Shown: one piece after another, positions 40,370 through 50,940 of the stretch
How positions within the stretch are numbered: the stretch's first letter is position 1
How the letters are laid out: every line of letters starts with the position of its first letter
DNA from: Alloascoidea hylecoeti
Taxonomy: Eukaryota
DNA length: 64,000 nucleotides
Assembly (NCBI GenBank): GCA_001600815.1
Contig: BCKZ01000023.1
Span: 124,001 to 188,000, forward strand
Reading direction: 5' to 3'
Position numbers and translations under genes: made by a program
Notes under the pieces: model-generated
Database searches by the model: none
The model's input: the letters and a program-made list of their open reading frames with translations, nothing else
What the model was told of the DNA's origin: nothing

Positions 40370-40870
40370 TTGCATGTAACCCAAAGCAGATTGTTAGAGA
40401 GAATGGTGTAGGCTCCTCAGCGATGACAAACGAAGAATCACAATTGTTTACAAAATTAGAGGAAGATATACTTACTGATTTATTGGTTTATTGCGTTATA
40501 ATGGGTGTGGGGATTAATATGGAAGCGTGATGTACTGTATGAATTTATGAAGCGATTTACCAGATACACACAACAGTCTAAGACGTGCTCACCACCAAGA
40601 CAAAAGCCGCCAAAATGAAATATAAACGCACACTATATGAATTTAAAACAGATTTAAAAATTTATTGATAAAATCCACAGATAATAAATGTTGAGGCTCT
40701 CACATCAGATTAATACTAGCTTCTCTGCATCGATATCTATGAAGATGATCATGATCTTGAATCTTGGTATGGTACCCTTGAAATTTTGATTAGCGAAGAT
40801 CACTGTAAACCAGCTGACTTTCATAATTTTGATTAAACTGGATTCTACCCTGGTGAAACAGTTAACTATT
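40370..40870 (+). pseudogene. pogo/Fot1-like transposase relic (N-terminus to first catalytic Asp)
   Basis: QLFTKLEEDILTDLLVYCVIMG (40441) and EDDHDLESWYGTL...DFHNFD*TGF (40741-40845) parallel LTPLEEQELV and EDPKYIREWY...ICNLDETG of the element at 48969. Confidence 0.7.
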
Positions 40871-41189
40871 GGGAAGTTTTCATGCCGGGTGGGGAATCAA
40901 AACCACCGCAATTAATCGAATAAAAATGGCCGCAATTGGGATCCGATTGAATTTCTGTAGTAATTAAAACTGTATATTAGCTACACAAGAAATAAATGAA
41001 ATGATAGTGTAATAAAATAATAATAATCTGATAATAATTAATCAATTGACCAGCTATGCATATTATCAGATGAATTTTCCCAAACTTTCAGGAAATCATC
41101 CTCTCTTTATTTGTAGAATTCTACATAACTTTTACAGCTATTTCCAGCTTTGCCTCCTGCTACAGAATGTAGCACACTCCTCTTTTTTT

Positions 41190-41490
41190 TATTTATCTAG
41201 TGTTGTTTAGGCTTCTTTGGACCGGGAATTGGATAGATCCCAAGTCTATTAATGGAATGGGTGTTCTTGTGATAAAAATCATTGGTGTGATCTAGGGGTT
41301 CCTTGAAAAACCTGCCTGAAATTACTGCACAAGGCTGTAATGAAGAGTACTATAGGGGACCCAAAAGAATCTGATTCGTTTTCTTATAAGAGGAATTTAT
41401 TAAAGAATGGAAGAAGAGATAAATTTAAAGTTTTCTACAATACACCTCTAGCCACTGATCTACAGAACATGGAAAGGTTGGCCGACCTAT
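41190..41490 (+). pseudogene. Tc1-like transposase relic
   Basis: GFFGPGIG, then FIKEWKKR and KVFYNTPLATDLQNMERL, a degenerate WPPxSPDLNPIENL. Confidence 0.4.
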
Positions 41491-41813
41491 GAAATTAGTA
41501 CCCTCCAAATTAATATAAAAAGCTTAATAATATTATTAATTAGAAAGGTTTCCCAGAGAAAAAAAACCTTCAAACACATTCAAAATTAAAAGTATTACAA
41601 TATTAAGTAGAATCTATAGTTACAATATTTGGTTTTTAAAATTAAATTGGTGATCGTGATGAATACTGTATATGTGCATAGTCCAAGAAATTTGAAGAAA
41701 TGGTCAAAATTAAGTGGATCTACTAGGTATGATATTGATGTACGGATGTATCATGTGCATTCAAAAATTTCCACCTCCAAATCCCCTGTAGTTGGAACAG
41801 ATACCTAGAAATA

Positions 41814-43250
41814 ATGTCGTTAACAAGGGCATTTGCAATCTCCCGAGGACTGAAAGGAGCCATTTCCCCCTCAATTGTAAGACAAACCAATGTCTTGAGA
41901 CCTAACTTATTGTCTGCTTACCGTGGATATGTTACAGAGAAAAATAGTAAACCTCAACCAGATTTAAGCAAATCAATTTTAACCGATGATTTACTTGCTA
42001 GAGCTGGTGTTGATCCTGATGAAATCAAACAGTCGCAGGAAACTGCAAAAAATAGTGGAGATTCATCTGAATCAACTTCAGGTACAGATGGTAACTCGAA
42101 CCCAGAGTGGAAGGAAACAGCTAGAAAATCAACACATAGATCTTCTGCAGAAATCAGACGTGAAAAATATGCCAGGTTTTCCTATCTTTTTACCCTAGCT
42201 GCATTGTTAGGAGGCACTGTTTATTTCGCCAGAGATTGGGACAACGAAGAGGAAGCTGCGAAGCATCCAAATATTCCACCTGGATATAGTCCTAGCTCAA
42301 TGTACCACAGAATTAAAGCCAGATTTAATGGTACTTTTGATTATTTCTCTGAACCTGCTTATCCAGATTTGCTTCCACCCCCACTCCCAGTAGAATATCG
42401 TCGACCATTGACACTTATTATAGGTTTGGAAGATCTATTAATTCACTCGGAATGGACGAGAGATCATGGTTGGAGAACCGCTAAAAGACCTGGTCTTGAT
42501 TACTTTTTAGGGTATTTATCACAATATTACGAAATTGTTGTATTCTCATCAGCTTATCAAATGTACTCTGAAAAGGTTGTACAAAAATTAGATCCCTACG
42601 GGGCTTACATTTCTTATGCTTTATTTAGGGAAGCAACTCGATATGACGATGGAAAATTGATCAAAGATCTTTCGATGATGAACCGAGATATAGGAAGAAT
42701 AATTGGTGTTGACACAGATCCTAATGCTTTCTCTTTACAACCCGACAATGCAATTCTATTGAAGCCTTGGGAAGGTACTCAAGATGATAAAGAATTAGTT
42801 AAACTAATTCCATTTTTGGAGTGGTTAGCTGTTCAACCACCTAAAGATATTAGACCCATTATGGAAACTTTTAAAGGTAAATATATACCAGAAGAATATG
42901 CTCGACGTGATGCCATAGCACGAAAACAATTTGAAGAGGACTGGAAGAAAAAATCCAATAATTGGTCTTTAAAACTTTTAGGGGTTCAATTATCAAAGCC
43001 TAAAATGCCCCAGGATTTTATTCGAGAACAAGCTCAAAAACAATATTTAAGTTTCCAAAAATATATTAAAGAAAATGGTGAAAAGATGTTAAAGGAAGAT
43101 CAAGAGAGACAAAAGGAGATTCTTGGTGAACAGAAACTCACTTTAAATAAAATCGTTACTGAAGGTATGCCAAAACCTGAAGATATAATGGCGGCTCAAC
43201 AGAAAAAAGAACAGGAAGCAGCTGCAGCTGCAGCAACATTGGCCAAATAA
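41814..43250 (+). CDS. TIM50: Mitochondrial import translocase subunit Tim50
   Basis: Presequence, single TM segment, LLPPP, NIF domain HSEWTRDHGWRTAKRPG. Confidence 0.96.
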   Translation: MSLTRAFAISRGLKGAISPSIVRQTNVLRPNLLSAYRGYVTEKNSKPQPDLSKSILTDDLLARAGVDPDEIKQSQETAKNSGDSSESTSGTDGNSNPEWKETARKSTHRSSAEIRREKYARFSYLFTLAALLGGTVYFARDWDNEEEAAKHPNIPPGYSPSSMYHRIKARFNGTFDYFSEPAYPDLLPPPLPVEYRRPLTLIIGLEDLLIHSEWTRDHGWRTAKRPGLDYFLGYLSQYYEIVVFSSAYQMYSEKVVQKLDPYGAYISYALFREATRYDDGKLIKDLSMMNRDIGRIIGVDTDPNAFSLQPDNAILLKPWEGTQDDKELVKLIPFLEWLAVQPPKDIRPIMETFKGKYIPEEYARRDAIARKQFEEDWKKKSNNWSLKLLGVQLSKPKMPQDFIREQAQKQYLSFQKYIKENGEKMLKEDQERQKEILGEQKLTLNKIVTEGMPKPEDIMAAQQKKEQEAAAAAATLAK

Positions 43251-44129
43251 AACCATATATAGTACCAACGATGTCCAATGCTTTTCGTTGTAGTTGCCAA
43301 TTGATTCTTTTAAAATTGTATATACTTATATGGTAGCGTATAATGATTCATTATATGTGTATCATAAATATTTTATAGATGACAGCATAATAAACAATAA
43401 TGCAATAATTGTAAGTAAAAAAAGTTATTTCGATATCGATACATACATTTAATTGTTAAATATAGTCCTCAAAAATATGGTAAACTTCAATTTCAGTTTA
43501 AAAATATAGTCTTACCGATATAGTATAAATAATATATTTATTTTTTGCCCTTAGCTTTTCTTTTTAATACTCAAATCATTAATGTTTAAATTCTTAACAT
43601 TTTTTTATTCATTCTGAATATAAGGCCTTAAGTAATGGGACTCCCGTCTTTCTATTCAGAACCATATCATTCTAGGGTTCTAGGGTTGGCCAAGATACAT
43701 ATATTGCATATTGCAACATTGATATTAATACTGCAATTATAGATATCTATTTCTAGCTGAGCATTTAATTTGATTGCACAGGATGTTTAATATAGTAATC
43801 TTAGGGAACAACTCGTTTTGGTTTCGGATTTCTTGATATTTCGATGATTATGTAATAATATAGTAATAATAACCGGGTAACTAGGGTAACTTAACCACAC
43901 TAGACGGGTAATCCGAACGCATCCCTAGTAGGCCCTATAAGGTAATATATGCTATTTTCTATGTATTAATTTATAACTAAGACAAATGTTTCCGATGTCT
44001 TATTCCCTTTTCATAGCAAGTACAGTCACTTCGGTCATTCTGGTTTACTAATCATCAGACACTCCCACTTTCTTTCGTGAAGTATAAAATTTAATTTTAA
44101 TCAACACCACTATTCATCATCTTGCCACA

Positions 44130-44960
44130 AAATAACTCTAATTCAAAGGGGATAAAAGAAACTTGTCCAATGGAGAGGTTTCGCAATATAAAACAAAAAC
44201 TTTAAGTTTTTCGGGAAGATGAAATATTACATACTACACATTTGGGAAATGGTTAAGCACGGCTGCGCTATTGATAGATTGATAGATAGCTATAGGGATT
44301 ATTTCGGTTTATTAATGAGTATATCCAAACGCCAATTAATTCAAATTTACCCTGTTTTAGATACCATGATTATTTTTAGATCAATAAATGTCCTAAATTT
44401 ATGATCTAAAGATCCGAGAGATGAAGAGAGGGAAAAATGGGTCGTTATTTCCTCACAAACTTAGAATTCGCTCAAGCTATCCGTACTGCTACAAATTTGA
44501 TGAATAATTCTGCTTTGGTTGCTATTTATCAAGCTGGTGAAAATATTTATGAGTTATTTGATAAAGTTACTATTCTATATCTTGGTAGACAAATTTATTT
44601 TGGACCTGCTACTAAAGCTAAAGGTTACTTCGAAAGAATGGGATGGAAGTGTCCTCCAAGAATGACTAGTCCTGAATTTTTGACATCTGTCACAGATCCT
44701 AATGGTAGATATCCAAAGAAAGGAATGGAAGATAAAGTTCCTCAAACTGCTGAATAATTCGAAGAATACTGGTTAAATTCCCCTGATTATCAAGAATGTT
44801 TGGCTGAATATAATGAATATGTTACCATCCATACTACGGATTTGATCATAGAATGAATTTGCTTCCCTATCTTAGATAGTCATAGATCACATACAAATAT
44901 AATAGATACCTGCAAGAAACACACGATAAATTTAAATATATATTCCGGAGATCTCACAAG
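44130..44960 (+). mobile_element. Decayed pogo/Fot1-like transposase relic interrupted by a host ABC-transporter fragment
   Basis: ILDSHRSHTNIIDTCKKHTINL at 44869 matches the LILDGHxSH..C..H.I.L second-Asp motif. The upstream side has weaker N-terminal-like segments (EMVKHGCAI; NVLNL*...EKWVVISSQ). Confidence 0.5.
44461..44853 (+). pseudogene. Internal fragment of a PDR-family (Snq2/Pdr5-like) ABC transporter
   Basis: LEFAQAIRTATN..VAIYQAGENIYELFDKVTILYLGRQIYFGP..PEFLTSVTDP..KVPQTAE*FEEYWLNSPDY; one TAA at 44755; no other part of the gene nearby. Confidence 0.9.
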
Positions 44961-45089
44961 CTCTCGAAGTTTCTTGCTTCTCTCGATTTAAATTTTATTT
45001 ACATGAAGCAATTCAGGAGTTTTATTCGAGACAAAAACACACAGATTTCAAAGGATAAACTTCTTGGTATGTATGCATATAAGCACTTG

Positions 45090-45420
45090 TAGTGGTCTTG
45101 TACCTATAAAGAGGAAGAAACTTAACCTTAAATAAGAAAAATATCACATGTAGTTTGATATACTACCAAATAGTAGTGCCACATACCCATTATACAGCTC
45201 TCGATTCTCCCTAACAAGCTACAGGATAAGGAAAGCATTCTGGTTGAACATGAAAGAGACCCAGAAGGTAAATGAAAAGGACTTGCAGTTAATCAGGGTG
45301 TTGATGTCAGCGGAAAAAGATGTGGCAAATAAGACTCAACTTAATGGAGGAGGTGTCCATGCATGGGAGGGACTTTACTCACTGGGGAAAGTTTTGCTCT
45401 AATAGAGCGCCTGAATAACG
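45090..45420 (+). pseudogene. Tc1-like transposase relic
   Basis: KTQLNGGGVHAWEGLYSLG (45331-45387) resembles the Tc1 GGGSVMVWG.F...G motif. Confidence 0.5.
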
Positions 45421-45759
45421 CATTACCTGATTCTCTATTTGAAGATCTATGGAATATATAACTTATACATTTTTTTATTCACTTCTCTAATTGTTAGGAA
45501 ATCTTCAAAAATGTCTTGATTTTCGATTTTCCGTTCCGAAAGGAATGCACCTTCGAGGGAATACCTTAAAATTTGCTCAATTTACGTATGAATCTTCTAT
45601 GATATTACAATAAAGCATGAAAGATTAAAAAATGAAATGTAACGTTAATAGTCATTAAGATAATAATATAGCATAACTTATATATATGTGATTATAATCA
45701 AGATTTATAATATGCAACAAAAAAGTTCAGTATTCGAAACTGGAGTATCAGTGTATATA

Positions 45760-46629
45760 TCAGATACTATGTATCGGGTTACTCTCATGTTTTGAATTTT
45801 TTAATTCCATGGGAACTTCAATTATAGTATAGTCTTGACGTAATCTTTGCCGTTTCCTTGAATTATTAAAATGTGTTCTATAATGCTGCATACAATTATC
45901 CTGCCGAGAAAACTTTGCATCACAGCCTTTAAAAGAACAAGTAAATTTCTTCTCACCAGTATGAATCCGTGTATGTCGGGACAAATGGCCTGATGTTGTG
46001 AATGTTTTCTTACAAGTATTACAAATATACTTGCGCAAAAAAGGTACCTTTTTCCCTTTACCTTTTTTAATGGAATCACTTCCAATAGTATTTGAAGCTT
46101 GAGCTTCCTTTTCTTTTGGATGAGAACTATCCCTCAGTGGTTCCTGTATTAATGGTGAATCCAGAGAGGTGGAAAGAGTAAAAGCACCCGCACTCACAGG
46201 ATAGCCGGATCTCACCTGATTGACCGCTTGTGGGACTTGAGCAGGGGCAGGAATTGTGTGAATAAAATGTGAGTTAGAGGGTTGTAAACCTGATAGAGCT
46301 ATTTGTATTGGTATTCCACTCATAGTATAAAAGATTTGGGGAATAGCTTGCACTGTCGTCCGTGTTTGGAGCTGTGGGACAAAATTTGTGTTTGGTCCGT
46401 TAAGATAAGAGTAGGAATATCCTTGCTGAGCAAATACCAACTGTTGTTGTTGAAGGCCTATCGTTGTGTTTGGAGGTGACTGTAGTTGGAAGAAACGAGG
46501 AAGACTTGGGGTTATCTGAGATATCGGAGGTGAAGGGTGCGTAGCAACCAGAGCTTGAGATGTGGAAGATAGCACATTGCTAATGGGAGGGAGAGAAATT
46601 TTATGAAGTGATTGATCAGAGCTCATCAT
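45760..46629 (-). CDS. NRG1: Nrg1/Nrg2-like C2H2 zinc-finger repressor
   Basis: RKYICNTCKKTFTTSGHLSRHTRIHTGEK...C...FSRQDNCMQHYRTH; N-terminal LPPI motif. Confidence 0.85.
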   Translation of the reverse strand: MMSSDQSLHKISLPPISNVLSSTSQALVATHPSPPISQITPSLPRFFQLQSPPNTTIGLQQQQLVFAQQGYSYSYLNGPNTNFVPQLQTRTTVQAIPQIFYTMSGIPIQIALSGLQPSNSHFIHTIPAPAQVPQAVNQVRSGYPVSAGAFTLSTSLDSPLIQEPLRDSSHPKEKEAQASNTIGSDSIKKGKGKKVPFLRKYICNTCKKTFTTSGHLSRHTRIHTGEKKFTCSFKGCDAKFSRQDNCMQHYRTHFNNSRKRQRLRQDYTIIEVPMELKNSKHESNPIHSI

Positions 46630-47103
46630 TGAGTTATCAAGTACTGTTGATTATCTTCCAGTAATAAACAAGATAAATTGGGAGGTGAGAAAAAAAAGGG
46701 AAATAGTGACTATTTGTATTATTCATGCATGCAGCTTATTCTCGGGTCCTTTCTTGCCGCACCCGAATAGAGTTTACAAGCGTTCACAAGAAATCTTGGC
46801 GACCCTTGTCGCAAAATTGTCACAAATTTTAGGAGGTGGTAATTAAATGCTTTTTCGGCTCAAAGTCTGTAATTGTGATGATTTTGGGGCTTCATATTTA
46901 CTACTCAATCTTTAGCAGCCTTGTTTGAATGAGCTTCCCGAACAAACATTCTTCACTGTTATCCTAGTATTATCTTAAATATCTCAAGCACACATACCCC
47001 AAAGTTTAAAATGTCAACTTTTTCTTAAGAATTAATTCAATACGGCTTCACTCTTAATTATGTCTGTTGGTAGAATAGCGTATATATGAAATATCATAAC
47101 AGG

Positions 47104-47400
47104 CTATATATATTTAAAAGTTTCTCTTATGGAAAAAACGGGGGCTATGCTATGATGAATATAGGTGTGGGAAGAATAAACAGCTGCAGGGAAACAGATG
47201 CACCAATTACCCCTTTCTTGGCAACGCTTAGCTATAGAACTCGAAATTATCTTTAGTAATAGATTCTTTACCATTACCAATCTGATCAGTTGATTTTCCT
47301 TTTTATAGTTCCAACTTCGATTGGCTTGAGATAAACTATAATCCAACCACTCACATAACATTGTAGTATTTAGAGTCAGATGGCAACAAACTTAATGCTT
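47104..47400 (-). pseudogene. pogo/Fot1-like DDE domain relic
   Basis: EWLDY...IRLVMV...CQERGNWCICFPAAVYSSHTY...PVFS follows the WL..F / RLLI.D / C....I...LP.HSSH / VF pattern. Confidence 0.45.
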
Positions 47401-48366
47401 AAATGTGAAAACACATGAAAAAGCTTAGTATCTAAATAATGTATTATATCCATATAATTATTATCTTGACAACTGCAAGCCTTACACTACACCGGTATAA
47501 CTGTAATCAACGGTAGTCTAATAGGATTAGAGCCGCGGGTGTGGTTGTCTTGAAGCTATTAATGTAGATCACGATTAATTATAAGAATTCACGTGTCCAT
47601 TACACAAGTTTATATTTACTATACTCTAAGAAAATTTTAAAGGGAGTTAACGTCGGGCGTAGCAGTATTGAGTTTTTCTAAAATCCACGTCATGAAATGA
47701 TTAAATATGATGTTAAGAACAATTGGGTTGTAATATCTAAATATAGAAATCTTGCGGTCTTTTGGAAAATAATAAGTTTCTAATTCTCATAAACTTTCAA
47801 ACCCCCTTTTGGTGTAATTAACTAATTTTATTAATAATTGTTTTGCAATTTCTTATGCTCATGAGGCTAATTTTTTGTTTGAGGTTCTTCAAAAAAAGCT
47901 TGGTAAAGCATATATTTATTATTATAATTATGGTTGTTAAGGGATCTACGCAGGAAAACTTGGCAACAATACATGCATAATTACCATAACTATTACAAAT
48001 TAAGATTAGATAATGGAAAGCTTAAGGCCTTAGTATCAAGAGTTTAATTGCATAGATAAGGCCGCATATGTATGTGAACCAACTCAGCCAAGATTGCCTC
48101 AGTAATAGACTAATGAAAATCCTATTTATCCGCACCCGGATCGAAATAGCAATATTTAATATTAATAATAGATAGATGAGAAGTACCACTACTAATGCTG
48201 ATCCTACTCAATCACATTCGGATCGAAATAATAATCTGTAATATTATTGATAGACATATACGGAATTAGAACAGTGGTTGGAAAAATGGTATGATGGTAT
48301 TTATACGTACACATGACTTCATAACTATACGCATATGCATATTTGCATGGTGTTATACTACATTTA

Positions 48367-48735
48367 TAAATGAGAATTTAAATTTGTTCTGAAGATTCTA
48401 TGGAAAAAGAAACTGATTATAAATAGCCCTAAACATAAGTTACATTCAAAAACAATGTTAAATTTCAACATGAATGTAATATGTATGTACCGTCCGGTCT
48501 GTAGATACCGGACGGTACTAGGATTCCGGACACAACATAATTGATATTTTCAACCACCATTTTCTTAACCCAAAAATTAATATAAATTAAATTTAATACT
48601 ATCACTAAAATCTATTTAATCTCGTAATTCTGATAATGATTTTTCAATATACACCTTTTGTGTTTTCTGTTGTGGAGTGGGATATTTTCTCCGACTTAGA
48701 GTATTTAGATTATTAGATTCAGCAGCATCAGTCTT
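48367..48735 (+). repeat. Left terminal inverted repeat
   Basis: Reverse complement of the right arm: mismatches at 48371, 48425, 48455, flipped 8-bp spacer 48499-48506, perfect over 48507-48692, then diverged with a 9-bp indel. Confidence 0.95.
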
Positions 48736-48968
48736 TCAACATAATTTTCGGTATCTATTATTAGCTGGAAATTTTTTATTCGGGTATCATTGGATGAGTT
48801 GAAGTTCATATGATATATTAGAATTAGTTTTATGGAACCTACTGTCGTAAGTTGCGAGAAATAGGGTGGTTTGAGGAATTATGACCAGCCATCCCAAAAC
48901 GCGATAATCGGGAGCATATAAAAGTACTTCGTCTTTCAATCGTCACCAAACCTCCATCATAAGTTCAA

Positions 48969-50556
48969 ATGGCTCATACAAGATTTGTGCAGAATGAGAA
49001 TCAGCGTCAGAATATGTTAGTCGACGCGGCTGTCGATTATAAGCGAAAACACATGAATCAGTCGTTCCGGAAGGTTTCTAAAAAATTCTCTGTTCCAAGA
49101 TCAACTTTAAACGATCGTTTCAATGGTTCATCATCACACAAGGATTCCCACATTTTTCAAATGGTTCTAACACCCCTTGAGGAGCAGGAGCTTGTTTTGG
49201 AGGCTGTTGTTTTTCTCGAAAAATGAGTGTGCCGCTAATTTAAAACAGTTTCGTGAGATAGTGGATGATCTGGCAATTATCATATGCCTTTTATGTCCCA
49301 ACATACCACCTTGTCATACAAAAAGGCGCGTAAATTAGATGCCTATAGGTTCTTGAGTGAGGACCCCAAGTATATCCGCGAATGGTACACACTGCTCCAT
49401 CAGGCTAGCAAAACAACACCAGAATCTCATATTTGTAACTTAGATGAAACTGGTACCCAGCTTGGCGTCACTGATAAAGGGGAAAAGTGATTTGTGTCCT
49501 CTACTCAAAAGAAGTTTGCTCAAATTAAATTCCCGAGAGGAAAGCTCATCTCGTCTGTCGAATGCGTGTGTGCCGATGGTTCCAGGACTGCTCCACTCAT
49601 TATATTTAAAAAAAAGGAGGATGATGATGTCTCACCTGCCTGGGTACCTGATAATGAAGATAAGATATTAAAGAATTAAGTATTTACATGTTCCGGTTCT
49701 GGTTATATAAATGGAGATTTGATGTTAAGACGGTTACACGAATTACTTCCCATATTGCGAAAAAGGACTCATTATTTTATTAGACGGGAATTCTAGTCAT
49801 ATCTCATTTAGACTAGTTATGGAATGTATTAAATATGATATTCGACTCTTTATATTGTCTGCGCACACCAGCCAATCGACGCAGATATTAGACGTCTCTT
49901 GTTTTGATCCTCTTAAAAAGGGGTTGAAAAACATCTATGACGAAATCCTAGTAGATAAACCCAATAATAATAGGGCACAAAAAGGAGAATTCATTGAAAT
50001 ATATAAGAAGGCCAGATCTGATCCAATAACAGCTGGAAATATTCGTTCTAGTTATAGGGCAACCGGAATATACCCATTTGAGCCAGAGAAGATTTTATCG
50101 AAACTTGGAGAAGTTTGGGTGGCAGAAAACGAGGAAGAACAAACGAAAAAATCCGAGAGAAATTTCATTTTATATAAAGATTTTGAGGGAGAATTAAAAT
50201 CCGAAACGTTTGTGAACGAAGCTCAACGATGTTGGAAAGGCTGAAAATATATGATGTATCGGAGGATGAATTTCGTATTTGGAAGAATTGGCTTGGGGGT
50301 GCAAACAGGCTTTATTATAAAATACATCCACCAATATTCTTGAAGATCCCTTAAAAACTATCCGGAGTGGACTTAAGACTTCTAAGAGGGGAAAGCACTC
50401 ATAACACATAATTCCCCTGAGATAACGAAGAGAAATGCATGTCGTGAGATTGGTGCTGCTGAGCTAAATACACTAAGTTGGAGAAAATATCCCACTCCAC
50501 AACAGAAAACACAAAAGGTGTATATTGAAAAATCATTATCAGAATTACGAGATTAA
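48969..50556 (+). pseudogene. Fot1-like transposase, frameshifted with stops
   Basis: HTH (FSVPRSTLNDRFNG), LTPLEEQELV, ICNLDETG, VECVCADG..APLIIFK, ILLDGNSSH-(35 aa spacing)-QILDVSCFDPLK, NIRSSYRATGIYPF. The 3' end at 50556 is inferred. Confidence 0.9.
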
Positions 50557-50805
50557 ATAGATTTTAGTGATAGTATTAAATTTAATTTATATTAATTTTT
50601 GGGTTAAGAAAATGGTGGTTGAAAATATCAATTATGTTGTGTCCGGAATCCTAGTACCGTCCGGTCTGTAGATACCGGACGGTACATACATATTACATTC
50701 ATGTTGAAATTTAACACTGTTTTTGAATGTAACTTATGTTTAGGGCGATTTATAATCAGTTTCTTTTTCCATAGAATCTTCAGAACAAATTTAAATTCTC
50801 GTTTA
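50446..50805 (-). repeat. Right terminal inverted repeat
   Basis: Partner of 48367-48735; contains the palindrome at 50654-50685. Confidence 0.95.
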
Positions 50806-50940
50806 CAATTAAAATTAAAGATGATGAGATTATGTCGTGGTTCGAAGAGAATATTGATAGAGTGACCTGCATATGGTCCGGATCTTAACCCAATATTGAG
50901 AAGGGGTGAAAAAAATCGTCAACAAAATATACCCTAATAT
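50806..50940 (+). pseudogene. Tc1-like transposase relic abutting the right TIR
   Basis: IMSWFEENI then *PAYGPDLNPI (50863-50895), matching WPxxSPDLNPIE. Confidence 0.7.

Larger units (their letters stand above)
48367..50805 (+). mobile_element. pogo/Fot1-like DNA transposon with very long terminal inverted repeats, TA at both ends
   Basis: Inverted repeats 48367-~48735 and ~50446-50805, TA dinucleotide at each outer end, internal DD35D transposase pseudogene. Confidence 0.9.

Noticed and set aside
43672..43890. ctagggtt x2 and gggtaa repeats resembling telomeric seeds
   Set aside because: Only two or three imperfect units; no array.
48118..48256. Diverged ~80-bp tandem duplication sharing cggatcgaaata
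   Set aside because: Two copies only, no spacer-repeat architecture; not CRISPR-like.
50244..50445. Possible second cargo gene (e.g. TnpB/Fanzor) downstream of the transposase
   Set aside because: Too short, no RuvC or zinc-ribbon motifs; better explained as the frameshifted transposase C-terminus.
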